In this document: in pieces, positions 1 through 10,109 of the stretch
Position numbering within the stretch: position 1 is the first letter of the stretch
Layout of the letters: every line of letters starts with the position of its first letter
Assembly: GCA_041394265.1 (NCBI GenBank)
Contig: JAWKIO010000005.1
Coordinates: forward strand, 1,575,401-1,639,400
Source: Acidimicrobiales bacterium
GTDB taxonomy: Bacteria > Actinomycetota > Acidimicrobiia > Acidimicrobiales > SZUA-35
Direction: 5' to 3'
Length of the DNA: 64,000 nucleotides
The notes under the pieces: generated by a model
Seen by the model: the letters and a program-made list of their open reading frames with translations, nothing else
The model's database searches: none
Told to the model about the DNA's origin: nothing
Translations under genes and position numbers: made by a program

Positions 1-61
1 CAATCGCTGCACAAGTCAACGCCATCACGATCGAGATCCACGCGGTAATCCGCCGGTTCAT
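1..61 (-). CDS. possible 5' end of a membrane/secreted protein gene running off the left edge
   Basis: ATG at 59-61 (minus) opens MNRRITAWISIVMALTCAAI: a basic N-terminus followed by a hydrophobic stretch. Only 20 codons are visible. Confidence 0.25.
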   Translation of the reverse strand, partial: MNRRITAWISIVMALTCAAI

Positions 62-311
62 CGCAGACCACCGGGTCGGTCGCAGAAGTCTGATTCGTTG
101 GTCACGAGACCCTCCCATGATGGATCTTCGCCCGACGTGCGGGCGTGCCATTCGGCACCTGGACGAGGTCGTTCCCCTCGCCCACGAGGGGAAACGTGGA
201 AACGCTGCTGCGTGGCTCGGCCGGTCGTCCTCAGTGGGTTTGTCCCACCCGCCAGCGGGCACATCGTCGCCAGGCAGAAATCCGTCTGCGCCACCAACCG
301 AAAGGCTCCCA

Positions 312-833
312 ATGGCAGTTCCCCGTTCCGTCCTTCCGTATCCCGCCGAGAAGATCAACACCACACTCGACACGATCGAGGGTCGGCTCCCGGCGATCCC
401 CCGTCGAATGTTGCAGATCAACCGAGCCGTCGCCTCGCTTGGCTGCAGCCTCGCCACCCGAGCCGCATCGGCGCTCGGCGATTCGAGTGAAGTGGTTGCC
501 GACGCTGCGGCCACGGGCACTCGGACGGTGACCGGTCAGGCCCGATCTGTCCTCGACCGCACCATGTCCACCGCAGCCAGTGGCACGCGTGAAATCGCCG
601 GCCAGGCGAGGGCACAGACCGAACACTTCGTCGACACCGTCGAACACGAGGCGATGGAGCTCGCCGACGAGGCCGAGACGGTCGCCGACGACATGACCGA
701 GGCGTCGTTCGCGAGTTGGACCCGTGCCGACCTCTACGAACGAGCGCAGGAGCTCGACATCGAAGGCCGGTCCGGCATGAACAAGGCCCAGCTCATCGAT
801 GCTCTGATGCACGAAACCGATCCCGAGGGGTGA
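312..833 (+). CDS. hypothetical protein with C-terminal Rho-N/SAP-like domain
   Basis: ORF 117-833 trimmed to ATG 312. The C-terminus WTRADLYERAQELDIEGRSGMNKAQLIDAL resembles the Rho factor N-terminal helix-extended-helix module. The N-terminal part is Ala/Thr/Gln-rich and helical. Confidence 0.5.
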   Translation: MAVPRSVLPYPAEKINTTLDTIEGRLPAIPRRMLQINRAVASLGCSLATRAASALGDSSEVVADAAATGTRTVTGQARSVLDRTMSTAASGTREIAGQARAQTEHFVDTVEHEAMELADEAETVADDMTEASFASWTRADLYERAQELDIEGRSGMNKAQLIDALMHETDPEG

Positions 834-836
834 TCT

Positions 837-2234
837 TCACACCTTGGTGACTTCGGCAAACACGCGAGCGAGGGCCGCCCCGACCCGCCGGCGGTCCTCG
901 CTCGTCGCAAGTTCGCCGAGTTCGTCGCTCATCAGTTCGAGCTGGCGAATCAACGGACGCACATCGGCCTCGTCACCTTGACGACGATGGCAATCCTCGA
1001 TGATCGACTCCAAAACGCCGACGATCACCTCGAGCACGCGTGGATCCTGCCGGGCGTACCGGCGCACCGGCTCGAAGGCTTGCTCGACATAGTCACCTCG
1101 TCCAGGATCGGATGGTCGCAGGATCCGCCGTCGACCCGCTGCCGTCTCGATTGGCGGTAGGTCGCGCCGATAGAGCTCGGTGATGACTGCGCCGAGTCGG
1201 ACCACGATCTCGTTGGCGGTGTTCGGATCATTCACGCCGGGGGACAATGCTCGCATGGCGATGTCGTTGAGCTGGAGAATGCCGAACGAGATGTCTTGCT
1301 GCATCGTGCGCTCCTCCTCGATCCGCATCACGTCTGGAAGCGCGTCGACGATCTCATCGACGGCCTCGATCTTCCTGGGCCAGATGAACGCGATCGGCGT
1401 TCCACGGACCACGTAGGTCCCCACGGCAGCGGACAACGAGACGGTGACGCCATCGGGGATCACCCCCATCAGTCGCTCCACTTGGATCCCGGTCACCCAT
1501 CCAGTGCGCGGCGCCCACACCACCAGCGCGTCGCCTGGCGGCGAGTGGTCAGCCGGGCCTGACTCCGGCGTCGGTCGAGCGCTCGACACGCCGGGCGCAT
1601 CGACGAGCGGGACGACCGTGTCATCACTCCCGCGTTCGGGCAGCTGCTCGATGACCCGCATGGTCGCCGCCACGATGCCGTCGGCCACCGAGCCGACTCG
1701 CAGCCCCTTTGCGGTGTGATCGATCGACCCCAAGATGGCAACGAGCGAGACGACCGCCAACACGACGGCGAGCGCCACCGACACTTGAGGAAGGAAGGCG
1801 CGCTCCACTCCCTCGGGCGCCGACCGAACTTCGCGGAGGACCAACAGCGAGTAGGAGAATGTTCCGATGACCGTACCCATCACCAGTTGTTGAAACCGGT
1901 CGCCGAGGAAGTCGCGCAGCACCCGCGGTGAGAACTGGCTGGCCGCGAGCTGTACCGCAACGAGTGTGAGGGAGAACACGATCGAGGCGGCGGTGATCGT
2001 GCCGCCGGCAATGGCCGACAGAATGCTCCTCGATGAGTCGACCGTGACCTGAAACCAACCTGGCAGCGCATCGGCCGCCAGTTGCCGATCGATCTGCACC
2101 GTCAGCTGGGAGAGCGCCAGGCTGACCGAGAGCATCAGGAACGGGACGAAGAACAGGCTCTGCGTCAGTCGATTCTTCAGTGCGTCGAGGCGGAGGATGC
2201 TCGAACCTAGCTCACCCTCGACCCGAGACGGCAC
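837..2234 (-). CDS. multi-pass membrane protein, resembles DUF2254 family
   Basis: 465-aa ORF with host-like GC3. Has N-terminal TM helices (LFFVPFLMLSVSLALSQL etc.) and a soluble C-terminal half. Family name is from memory. Confidence 0.55.
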   Translation of the reverse strand: MPSRVEGELGSSILRLDALKNRLTQSLFFVPFLMLSVSLALSQLTVQIDRQLAADALPGWFQVTVDSSRSILSAIAGGTITAASIVFSLTLVAVQLAASQFSPRVLRDFLGDRFQQLVMGTVIGTFSYSLLVLREVRSAPEGVERAFLPQVSVALAVVLAVVSLVAILGSIDHTAKGLRVGSVADGIVAATMRVIEQLPERGSDDTVVPLVDAPGVSSARPTPESGPADHSPPGDALVVWAPRTGWVTGIQVERLMGVIPDGVTVSLSAAVGTYVVRGTPIAFIWPRKIEAVDEIVDALPDVMRIEEERTMQQDISFGILQLNDIAMRALSPGVNDPNTANEIVVRLGAVITELYRRDLPPIETAAGRRRILRPSDPGRGDYVEQAFEPVRRYARQDPRVLEVIVGVLESIIEDCHRRQGDEADVRPLIRQLELMSDELGELATSEDRRRVGAALARVFAEVTKV

Positions 2235-2239
2235 GAGGC

Positions 2240-2686
2240 TCAGTCCTTGGTGCCGTTGTAGGGCCCTCTCGGCAAGAGGTCGCCCAATCGGGCGCTGACG
2301 ATCTCGAGATCACCCTCTCCCGTCTTGCCATGCACGCTGTGCACCATGAGGTCCGGACCGCCCAGTTCCAGCGCGACCTGGCAACACGCGCCACACGGCA
2401 TGGTGACGTCGTCACCGGTCGGCGGCGCCCACAGCAGCAGTTCACTCGGTCGGTGGCCGGATGCAACGGTCGAGAACAACGCCGCCCGCTCGGCACACAT
2501 GGCCAATCCGAGTGAGATGTTCTCGACGACCGAACCGGTGACCACCGCGCCGGAGGTTGTTCGCACGGCGGCACCGGCGTCGAACTTGCTGTAGGGCGCA
2601 TATGCCCGATCCCGGGCGTCGGCAGCCGCCCGCCGGAGTTCTTCGATGCTGGAATTCACCGATGTCGGAGTGGCTGTCGCGGTCAT
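2240..2686 (-). CDS. cdd: cytidine deaminase
   Basis: 148 aa with zinc-ligand motifs CAERAA and PCGACCQ. Its ATG overlaps the upstream stop (ATGA at 2684-2688). Confidence 0.85.
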   Translation of the reverse strand: MTATATPTSVNSSIEELRRAAADARDRAYAPYSKFDAGAAVRTTSGAVVTGSVVENISLGLAMCAERAALFSTVASGHRPSELLLWAPPTGDDVTMPCGACCQVALELGGPDLMVHSVHGKTGEGDLEIVSARLGDLLPRGPYNGTKD

Positions 2687-3156
2687 CAGTTCGATCCTCC
2701 CACGCCGACCTTCTCGGCGGCGTCGCCAACCATGTCGACTGCATCGTGGGTCTTGTCAGCGATGGTGTGACTCACGTTCTCGAATTCGGCCCGGCCCGAC
2801 CGAGCGAGCTGTTTGGCTTCCTTCTTGGCCTTCCTCCGGGCGCGGCGCCCCAGCACGACGGCTCGGTCGGAGGCCCCGACCACGGTGGAGTCGGCGGATC
2901 GATCGGCCCGGCGGCGCTCACGACGTGACTTCTTGGCCTCGCCGAGCGCTCGCCACTCGGCCTTCTTCGCCCGCTTCTCCGCACGTCGCGCTCTCGCCGA
3001 CAGCTTCTCGGCTCGAGCCGATGCCTCGCTGCCGGCGGCCAGCGCCAGATCCCGTTCGTTCTCGGCTCTGGCCAGACGTTCCGACTTGCTGCGGAAGTTG
3101 ACGATGCCGAGCGTTGCGATCGACAGGGTCTTGCGGATGGCTCCCATGTGCGGCAC
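2686..3156 (-). CDS. hypothetical Lys/Arg/Ala-rich coiled-coil protein
   Basis: 156-aa ORF, translationally coupled to cdd. Highly basic helical repeats (ARRAEKRAKKAEWRALGEAKKSRRERRR). Confidence 0.45.
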   Translation of the reverse strand: MPHMGAIRKTLSIATLGIVNFRSKSERLARAENERDLALAAGSEASARAEKLSARARRAEKRAKKAEWRALGEAKKSRRERRRADRSADSTVVGASDRAVVLGRRARRKAKKEAKQLARSGRAEFENVSHTIADKTHDAVDMVGDAAEKVGVGGSN

Positions 3157-3391
3157 TCCTTCGTTCGTGCGAGCTTCGAGGTGGAAGCTCGATCTGGAGC
3201 CCGCCCTACCCGACGCTCGCCCCCTGAAACCTCATCGCTCGGCGGCAGGCGAAGGTGCCCAGTTGCCGTCGCGGTATGTCGTCCGACCCGCCGCGAGCGC
3301 GAGGATGCAGCTGTGACCGCTGGCGGGGTCATGAGAGGAACGAGGCGCTGCACTCAGATGGTGCGTGCGGAAGCTGCACGAGGTGGGGAAC

Positions 3392-4435
3392 ATGGAAACA
3401 CTGATCTTGACGGCGGCCGATCTCCGCCTGATGGTGGAGCGAGTCGGGCTCGACGAGCTGTTGGACCTCATGATCGCTCGTCTCCGGCAACGGTTCGCCG
3501 AGCATGATCCGGCGCTGACCGAGGTCAGAACCCGGGACGGGTTTCGCTATGACAAGCCGGCTCTCGGCTTGTTGGAGTGGATGCCGGTCCACGACGCCGG
3601 AGGGTCGGTGGTCATCAAGATGGTCGGATATCACCCGACCAACCCGGTCCAGCGATCGGTGTCGAGTGTGCTCGCAACCTCGTCGATGTGGGACACCGAA
3701 ACCGGTCATCTCGTCGCACTCGCCGATGCGACGCTGCTGACGGCGATGCGCACGGCGGCGGCCTCGGCGGTGGCAACCGACATTCTCGCCATACCTGGCT
3801 CCGTCGACGTCGGCATCGTCGGCCTCGGGGCGCAGTCGGTCGCTCAACTCCACGCCCTGAGCCGAGTCCGTGAGGTTCGGCGGGTGCTGGCGTTCGACAC
3901 CTCGACGGAGGCAGCGGCATCGTTCCCTCAACGGATCGGATTCCTCGGCGTGGAGGTCGACATCATCGGAGCGGACTCGCTCGACCGCGTCGTGACCGAC
4001 GTCGACGTGCTCGTCACCTGCACGTCGGTCGACATCGGTGCCGGTCCCGTGGTGCCCGAGGCCACCACACGCCCGTGGCTCCACGTCAACGCCGTCGGGG
4101 CCGACTTTCCCGGCAAGATCGAGCTTCCTTCGAGTCTGCTCGAGGGTGCGTTGGTCGTCCCCGACTGCGTCGAACAGTGCGTGGTGGAAGGCGAGTGCCA
4201 GGCGCTGACTACTGCCGGCATCGGCCCGGACATCACGGCGTTGGTGCAACGGGGCGAGCAGGCGCACGTCGATCGGACCCGACGAACGGTCTTCGATTCG
4301 ACCGGCTGGGCCATCGAGGACGAGGTCGCTTTGCGGCTCGCGCTCGAACTCGCCGACGCCCACGGACTGGGCCGCACCATGCAGATCGAGTGGGACTCGA
4401 CGGATCCGCTCCATCCCTACGAGGGACTTGTCTAG
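3392..4435 (+). CDS. ornithine cyclodeaminase / mu-crystallin family protein
   Basis: ORF 3365-4435. ATG 3392 is preceded by AGGTGGGG. Rossmann GLGAQS motif and overall OCD-like layout. Confidence 0.75.
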   Translation: METLILTAADLRLMVERVGLDELLDLMIARLRQRFAEHDPALTEVRTRDGFRYDKPALGLLEWMPVHDAGGSVVIKMVGYHPTNPVQRSVSSVLATSSMWDTETGHLVALADATLLTAMRTAAASAVATDILAIPGSVDVGIVGLGAQSVAQLHALSRVREVRRVLAFDTSTEAAASFPQRIGFLGVEVDIIGADSLDRVVTDVDVLVTCTSVDIGAGPVVPEATTRPWLHVNAVGADFPGKIELPSSLLEGALVVPDCVEQCVVEGECQALTTAGIGPDITALVQRGEQAHVDRTRRTVFDSTGWAIEDEVALRLALELADAHGLGRTMQIEWDSTDPLHPYEGLV

Positions 4436-4514
4436 ACCACACCGAGCACCGTCCGAGTCGTTCCGAGCTCATGCCAGTTCGACGGTGGGCCACTGCTCCG
4501 ACTAGGAGTGTGGC

Positions 4515-5624
4515 GTGACCGACCACTCGCACACCGAGATCAAGCCCGTCCGAGAGGAGCGCCGCGAACCCCGAGAGGGCGTCGAGGAAGTCGCACCCGG
4601 CATCCTTCGGGTGCAGCTTCCGATCTCGCTACCAGGCCTCGGCCACGTCAACTGCTATGCGATGGAGGACAGCCGCGGCATCACGCTCGTCGATCCGGGA
4701 CTTCCGGGCCCTCGCACCTTCCGCGAACTCCAGCGCACCCTCAAATCGGGTGGCTACCCGATCGAGCGAGTCCACACCGTCATCATCACCCACTCGCATC
4801 CCGACCACTTCGGGCAGGCGGGAACGTTCAAGCGCAAGTTCGGTGCGGAGATCATCACGCACCGTGCGTTTCGCACGTTCATGGACCCCGACGCCGAGGA
4901 GGTCGAGGCCGACGACGACCTCGAAGTCACGCAGCAAGACCTGAAGGCGCAGGTCGAATCGGTGCGGGGCATGAAGTTCGAGCAGGGCCCGTTCATGAAG
5001 CAGACACCCTGGGGAGGCGAGCCCCGGATGATGCCGCGCTCGCGACGGCTGCGCTACTGGGCGATGCGCAAGGCGGCCGGCCGCATCGTGGCAACACCGT
5101 CGCCCACTCGGCGCGTCGACGACGCCCAGGTCCTGCTCGTCGGTGGGCGGGAATGGGTCGCCGTCCACACCCCCGGCCACACCATCGATCACCTGTGTCT
5201 GTACGACCCCGATGCCCAGGTGATGATCAGCGGCGACCACGTGCTCCCCACCATCACTCCTCACATCTCGGGCCTCGGCGCCACCGTCGACCCGCTCAAC
5301 GACTTCTTCGACAGCCTCGACCGGATGAAGACCTTCGACAAGGTCACCACCGTGCTGCCCGCCCATGGGCTCGAGTTCGGCGACCTCGCGGGGCGCGCCG
5401 AGGGCATCAAACTCCACCACCACGAGCGTCTCGACAAGCTGCGTGACGCCTCCGACGAAGTCGGCCGCGGGACGGTCAACGACTACATGAAGCTGTTGTT
5501 CGCCGAGCGCTCGTGGGGTGCCATGGCCGAGAGTGAGACGTACGCCCACCTCGAGCACCTTCGCCTGACGGGCGAAGCCGAGGTGGACGACACCGGCGAG
5601 CAGCTCCGCTACTCGTTCGACTGA
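4515..5624 (+). CDS. MBL-fold metallo-hydrolase
   Basis: 369-aa ORF with a GTG start and an HxHxDH motif (ITHSHPDHFG). Its 3' end overlaps the convergent ligase gene by 16 nt. Confidence 0.8.
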   Translation: MTDHSHTEIKPVREERREPREGVEEVAPGILRVQLPISLPGLGHVNCYAMEDSRGITLVDPGLPGPRTFRELQRTLKSGGYPIERVHTVIITHSHPDHFGQAGTFKRKFGAEIITHRAFRTFMDPDAEEVEADDDLEVTQQDLKAQVESVRGMKFEQGPFMKQTPWGGEPRMMPRSRRLRYWAMRKAAGRIVATPSPTRRVDDAQVLLVGGREWVAVHTPGHTIDHLCLYDPDAQVMISGDHVLPTITPHISGLGATVDPLNDFFDSLDRMKTFDKVTTVLPAHGLEFGDLAGRAEGIKLHHHERLDKLRDASDEVGRGTVNDYMKLLFAERSWGAMAESETYAHLEHLRLTGEAEVDDTGEQLRYSFD

Positions 5625-7252
5625 GCGAGATCGTCTCGAAGCTTGAACTTCTGGATCTTGCCCGAAGGCGTGACCGGCATGGCATCGACGATCAGCAGTC
5701 GCTCGGGCAGGTAGCTCTTGGTCATCTTGTGTTCGAGCAGGAACTCGACCATCTCGTCGAACGTGAGGCTGGTGTCGGGGCGCAACGTGACCACCGCGCA
5801 GGCCCGTTCGCCCAGACGTTCGTCGGGATAGGCGACGATCGCCACCTGCGCGACCGACGGATGCCGATACATGAGGTTCTCGATCTCGACGACCGGAACG
5901 TTCTCCCCACCCCGGATGATCACGTCTTTCGAGCGCCCGGTGATCCGGATGTAGCCGGCGTCGTCGAGCCGGGCGAGGTCGCCGGTGTCGAACCAGCCGT
6001 CGTCATCGGTGTTGTTGAGATGCGGACGCTTCAGGTAGCCGCCGAAGTTCGAACACCCGCGGACGAGGAGGCGCCCGGCCTCGCCGGTCGGCACACTTGC
6101 ACCGTCGTCATCGACCACCTTCAGTTCGACGCCCGGCAGTGGACAGCCGTCGGTTTCGACGGCTCGGCTGGGCGGATCGTCGGGCAGGGTCGTGGTGACC
6201 GCGCCGTTCTCGCTCATCCCCCAGGCCGAGATGATGTTGGCTCCGAGCGACTGCTGGGCCCGCTCCACCAGCGGCCCGGGAATCGGGGCGCCGGCGCAGA
6301 GGAACGTGCGCAGTGTCGGGACGGCATGGTCGGGGGCACTGACGTATTCGGTGAGGTCGGTGAGGAACGGGGTCGACGCCATGGTGAAGGTGACACCGTG
6401 CCCGTTGATGAGTGAACTCGCCGTTGCCGCGTCCCAGACATCGAGCAGGATCGCCGGGCATTGGAGCATCACGGGCATCACGAGTCCGTACATGAACCCC
6501 GTTTGGTGGGCCATCGGAGAGGCCATGAGGACGACGTCATCGCCGCCGAGTCCGAGACGCTCGGCGTAGGGAACGATGTTGGCCGTGATCGTGTTCGAGC
6601 TGTGCATCACGCCCTTGGGCTCGCCGGTGGTGCCCGAGGTGTAGATCAGCTGGGTCACCGCATCGGGACCGGGCCGGCTGGCGTGCAGGATCTCGTTGGC
6701 GTCAGCCTCGTCCTCCCACGGCGGGCCGGAGAGCAACGCCTCGAATCCACCCGGGCCGCTGTCGCCGACGGCAATGATGTGCTGAAGGCTCGGCACCTTC
6801 GAGCGAAGGCCGTCGTACATCGCAGCGAAGTCGAGACCGCGGAACGTCGAAGGGATGATCGCCGCCTGCGCCTCACCGTGGTTGAGCATGAACTCGAGTT
6901 CGCGCTCACGGAAGATGTGCATCAGTGGGTTCATCACGGCGCCGATGCGTACACACGCCAGGTAGGAGACGGTGAACTGCCACCAGTTGGGCAGCTGCAC
7001 GGCGACGACGTCGTCGGCCCGGATCCCAAGCCGATGCAAGCCGATCGCAACGCGGTCGGCCATTGTCGCCAACTCGGCGTAGGTGAAGGTCTGATCCTCA
7101 CCCGTCTCGAACTGACGAGCACAGACCGCCAGCCGGTCGGGCCCGGCTTCGACCGCTGCGTCGAGTGCGTCGTTCGCCGTGAGGTCTCGCCAGTGGCCGG
7201 CGGCAATCATGGCCGGCCGGCGCAGCACGAGGTTGTCGGCATCGAAGTGCAT
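5609..7252 (-). CDS. aliA: AMP-dependent acyl-CoA ligase, cyclohexanecarboxylate-CoA ligase (AliA)-like
   Basis: ORF 5609-7639 trimmed to ATG 7252 (MHFDADNLV...). Contains AMP-binding motif YTSGTTGEPKG and a QLPNWWQF motif. 547 aa. Confidence 0.7.
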   Translation of the reverse strand: MHFDADNLVLRRPAMIAAGHWRDLTANDALDAAVEAGPDRLAVCARQFETGEDQTFTYAELATMADRVAIGLHRLGIRADDVVAVQLPNWWQFTVSYLACVRIGAVMNPLMHIFRERELEFMLNHGEAQAAIIPSTFRGLDFAAMYDGLRSKVPSLQHIIAVGDSGPGGFEALLSGPPWEDEADANEILHASRPGPDAVTQLIYTSGTTGEPKGVMHSSNTITANIVPYAERLGLGGDDVVLMASPMAHQTGFMYGLVMPVMLQCPAILLDVWDAATASSLINGHGVTFTMASTPFLTDLTEYVSAPDHAVPTLRTFLCAGAPIPGPLVERAQQSLGANIISAWGMSENGAVTTTLPDDPPSRAVETDGCPLPGVELKVVDDDGASVPTGEAGRLLVRGCSNFGGYLKRPHLNNTDDDGWFDTGDLARLDDAGYIRITGRSKDVIIRGGENVPVVEIENLMYRHPSVAQVAIVAYPDERLGERACAVVTLRPDTSLTFDEMVEFLLEHKMTKSYLPERLLIVDAMPVTPSGKIQKFKLRDDLAQSNE

Positions 7253-7266
7253 GGCGTGTCTCTCTT

Positions 7267-8424
7267 TCAGGCGGGGACGGCGTCTCGGCCGACCCGTTGG
7301 CGGGCGACGATGGTCTTCATGATCTGTGCGGTTCCGTCCCCGATCTGGAAGCCAAGCACATCTCGCAGCCGTTGTTCCATGACACCACGGTCGTAGCCCC
7401 CGTGGCCGAGAACGAGAAGGCATTCGTGGACGACGTCGTAGGCGAGCTTCGGCGCCCACCACTTGCACATGGCCGCCTCGGCGGTGTGCGGGAGGCCTCG
7501 ATCCGCGGCCCAGAGGGCCTGGAAGCACAGCAGGCGTGCCGCCTCGACCTGGGTGTCGAGTTCGGCAAGTCGATGCGAGACGCCCTGGAAGGCCGACAGC
7601 GGCTGGCCGAACGCGGTGCGCTCGGTCGAGTAGGTCCACGCGTCGTCGAGCGCGGCGCGGGCCACGCCAAGCACCTGGAGGCCGATCAACGCTCGGGAGA
7701 AGTCGAACCCCTGCATCACTTGGACGAAACCGCCGCCCTCGTCGCCGAGACGGTGCGAGACCGGCACCCGTACGTCATCGAAGAAGATCGAACCTCGGCC
7801 GATGGCGCGCTGGCCATGGCAGTCGAAACGGGTGGTGGTGATGCCGGGCAGGTCCATCGGTACCAACAAGGCCGTGATGCCCCGAGCACCTGGCCCTCCC
7901 GTCCTGCCGAACACGACGGCGATTTCGGCCTGATCGGCGGCCGAGATCGAGGTCTTCTCGCCATCGAGTACGTAGTGGTCGCCGTCTCGCTCCATGCGCA
8001 GTGCAAGACCCGCAGCGTCTGACCCGCCGCGGGGTTCGGTCAACCCGAGCGCGACGATGGCACGACCCGCGGTGAGTTCGACGAGCCACGGCCGGACGAT
8101 GTCGGGATCGCCGTGATCGGCGAGGATCTGTGCATTCAGCGAGCCCAACAGGTTGATGTAGGACAGCGACAGATCGGCGGCCGCAATGAGTTCGTGGATC
8201 ACGCCCGCCGCGACCTTGGTGGCACCCTGACCGCCGAACTCCTCGGGGAGCTCCGGAGCGATGAGTCCGAGTGCCCCCATTTCTTCGCTGAGCGACCGGT
8301 CGAGGACGCGAGTGGTGTCACGCTCGATGTAGCCCGGGGCCACTCGGTCCTGGGCGAACCGTTGGGTCATCTCGGCCAGGTCGAGGAGATCGCCGTCGAC
8401 GTAGGGGTTCGGCCGGAGTTTCAC
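7267..8424 (-). CDS. acyl-CoA dehydrogenase (AliB-like by context)
   Basis: ORF trimmed to GTG 8424, which overlaps the upstream stop (GTGA). 385 aa with ACAD-like N, middle and C regions. Confidence 0.75.
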   Translation of the reverse strand: MKLRPNPYVDGDLLDLAEMTQRFAQDRVAPGYIERDTTRVLDRSLSEEMGALGLIAPELPEEFGGQGATKVAAGVIHELIAAADLSLSYINLLGSLNAQILADHGDPDIVRPWLVELTAGRAIVALGLTEPRGGSDAAGLALRMERDGDHYVLDGEKTSISAADQAEIAVVFGRTGGPGARGITALLVPMDLPGITTTRFDCHGQRAIGRGSIFFDDVRVPVSHRLGDEGGGFVQVMQGFDFSRALIGLQVLGVARAALDDAWTYSTERTAFGQPLSAFQGVSHRLAELDTQVEAARLLCFQALWAADRGLPHTAEAAMCKWWAPKLAYDVVHECLLVLGHGGYDRGVMEQRLRDVLGFQIGDGTAQIMKTIVARQRVGRDAVPA

Positions 8425-9203
8425 TTGGCGAACTCCCGGAACCGGGGCGCCCGCTTCTCCTTCAGCGCGTTGACGCCCTCGCGAGACTCGTCGGTCTCGT
8501 AGTAGAGCTTGAGGGCGTACATCCCCATGCCGGCGATGCCGGCCTGATGGGCGGTGTCGAGGTTGAAGGACCGCTTGGCGATGGCAATGGCGGTCGGGCT
8601 CCGCTCGCAGATCTCCTCGGCCCACGCCTCCACCGTGGCGTCGAGCTCGTCGTCGGGAACGCAGACGTTGGCCAGTCCCATGGCCTCGGCCTCGCGACCC
8701 GAGTAGCGACGGCAGAGGTACCAGATCTCACGAGCCTTCTTCTCGCCCACCACTCGGGCCAGGAACGCCGTGCCGTAGCCGGGATCGACCGATCCCATCT
8801 TCGGCCCGACCTGTCCGAAGATCGCCGACTCGGAACAGATCGTGAGATCGCAGATCGTCGCCAGCACGTTGCCGCCGCCGATCGCATACCCCTGCACCCG
8901 AGCGATGACCGGCACCGGCACGTCGCGAATCGCCGTGTGGAGTTCCTCGACCGGCATGCCGATCGTGCCCCGACCGTCGTACTGGCCATCGTGGGTGGAC
9001 TGGTCGCCGCCGGTACAGAAGGCCCGTTCGCCGGCGCCGGCGAGCACGATCGCTCCGATCTCGGGGTCGTAGCCCGCCCGGTGGAGGGCGTTGATCAGCT
9101 CGTCGCAGGTACGGCCGCGAAAGGCGTTCATCACCTCGGGACGGTTGATCGTGATGTAGGCGACGTTGCGCCGGTACTCGACGGAGATGTCGGTGTAGTC
9201 CAT
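8421..9203 (-). CDS. badI: MenB-family crotonase, 2-ketocyclohexanecarboxyl-CoA hydrolase (BadI)-like
   Basis: ORF trimmed to ATG 9203. 260 aa with motifs AFCTGGDQS, VQGYAIGGGN and GPKMGSVDPGYG typical of MenB/BadI. Confidence 0.7.
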   Translation of the reverse strand: MDYTDISVEYRRNVAYITINRPEVMNAFRGRTCDELINALHRAGYDPEIGAIVLAGAGERAFCTGGDQSTHDGQYDGRGTIGMPVEELHTAIRDVPVPVIARVQGYAIGGGNVLATICDLTICSESAIFGQVGPKMGSVDPGYGTAFLARVVGEKKAREIWYLCRRYSGREAEAMGLANVCVPDDELDATVEAWAEEICERSPTAIAIAKRSFNLDTAHQAGIAGMGMYALKLYYETDESREGVNALKEKRAPRFREFAK

Positions 9204-9259
9204 GGTCTTCCTCGTTGCGTCTTGGTTGGGATGGGGAGTTGGGGTTGGAGCAGGGCGGC

Positions 9260-10027
9260 TCAGCCGGCCATGGTCAAGCCGCCGGAGACGCTCAACACCT
9301 GGCCGGTGACGAACGACGCCTGGTCGCTGGCGAAGTACAAGACCGCGCCGACGAGATCGTCGGGCTGGCCGAGTCGACCCATGGGAATGGAACGACGGAA
9401 CGCTTCGCGCAGCTTCTCCGGATCGTTCGCAGTATCGGTGACACTGGCCAGGAGCGCCGTATCGGTAGGACCCGGGCACACGACGTTGAACGTGATGCCG
9501 TGACGCGAGTGCTCACGAGCGAGCGTCTTGGAGAAGGCGACCAGGCCGGCTTTGCAGGCGGCGTAGACAGCCTCGCCCGACGAACCCACACGGGCCGCAT
9601 CGGACGAGACGTTGACGACCCGTCCACTCCCCCGCTCGACCATGGCCGGGAGGATCGCGTGGTGCATGTTCAACGCGCCGACGAGATTGATGTCGATCAG
9701 ACGGGCCCAGTCATCTGGCTCGGTCTTGAGGAAGGGCACGAACATGTCCCAGCCGGCGTTGTTGACCAACACGTCGATCGGCCCGAGTTCACCGGCTACA
9801 CGTTCGACCGCGGTGTCGATCGTTGCGCGGTCGGTGATGTCGCACTCCACCGCAATCGCTCGTCCACCGGCGTCGGTGATCGCGGCTGCCGTTGCCGTCG
9901 CCGGCTCGAGCGCTCGATCGAACACGGCGACCGATCCACCCTCGGCGGCGAACCCGGCGCACACGGCACTGCCGATGCCTCCGCCACCACCGGTGACCAC
10001 GATCGTGCGACCTTCGAAACGTGACAT
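9260..10027 (-). CDS. badH: SDR oxidoreductase, 2-hydroxycyclohexanecarboxyl-CoA dehydrogenase (BadH)-like
   Basis: ORF trimmed to ATG 10027. 255 aa with TGGGGGIG cofactor motif, NNAG, and YAACK catalytic motif. Confidence 0.7.
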   Translation of the reverse strand: MSRFEGRTIVVTGGGGGIGSAVCAGFAAEGGSVAVFDRALEPATATAAAITDAGGRAIAVECDITDRATIDTAVERVAGELGPIDVLVNNAGWDMFVPFLKTEPDDWARLIDINLVGALNMHHAILPAMVERGSGRVVNVSSDAARVGSSGEAVYAACKAGLVAFSKTLAREHSRHGITFNVVCPGPTDTALLASVTDTANDPEKLREAFRRSIPMGRLGQPDDLVGAVLYFASDQASFVTGQVLSVSGGLTMAG

Positions 10028-10109
10028 GTGCTTCCTCCAGTTGTGTTCGACGTCACAAACTATGACATGATATTGTCGTACCTGTAAAGCCCGATCCAAG
10101 GAGTCCGTC
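10028..10109. promoter_or_regulatory. divergent promoter/operator region between the SDR gene and MarR
   Basis: The most AT-rich stretch of the window. Contains inverted arms TTGTG(10041-10045)/CACAA(10054-10058) around GACGTC, and AAGGAG at 10098-10103 before the MarR GTG. Confidence 0.35.
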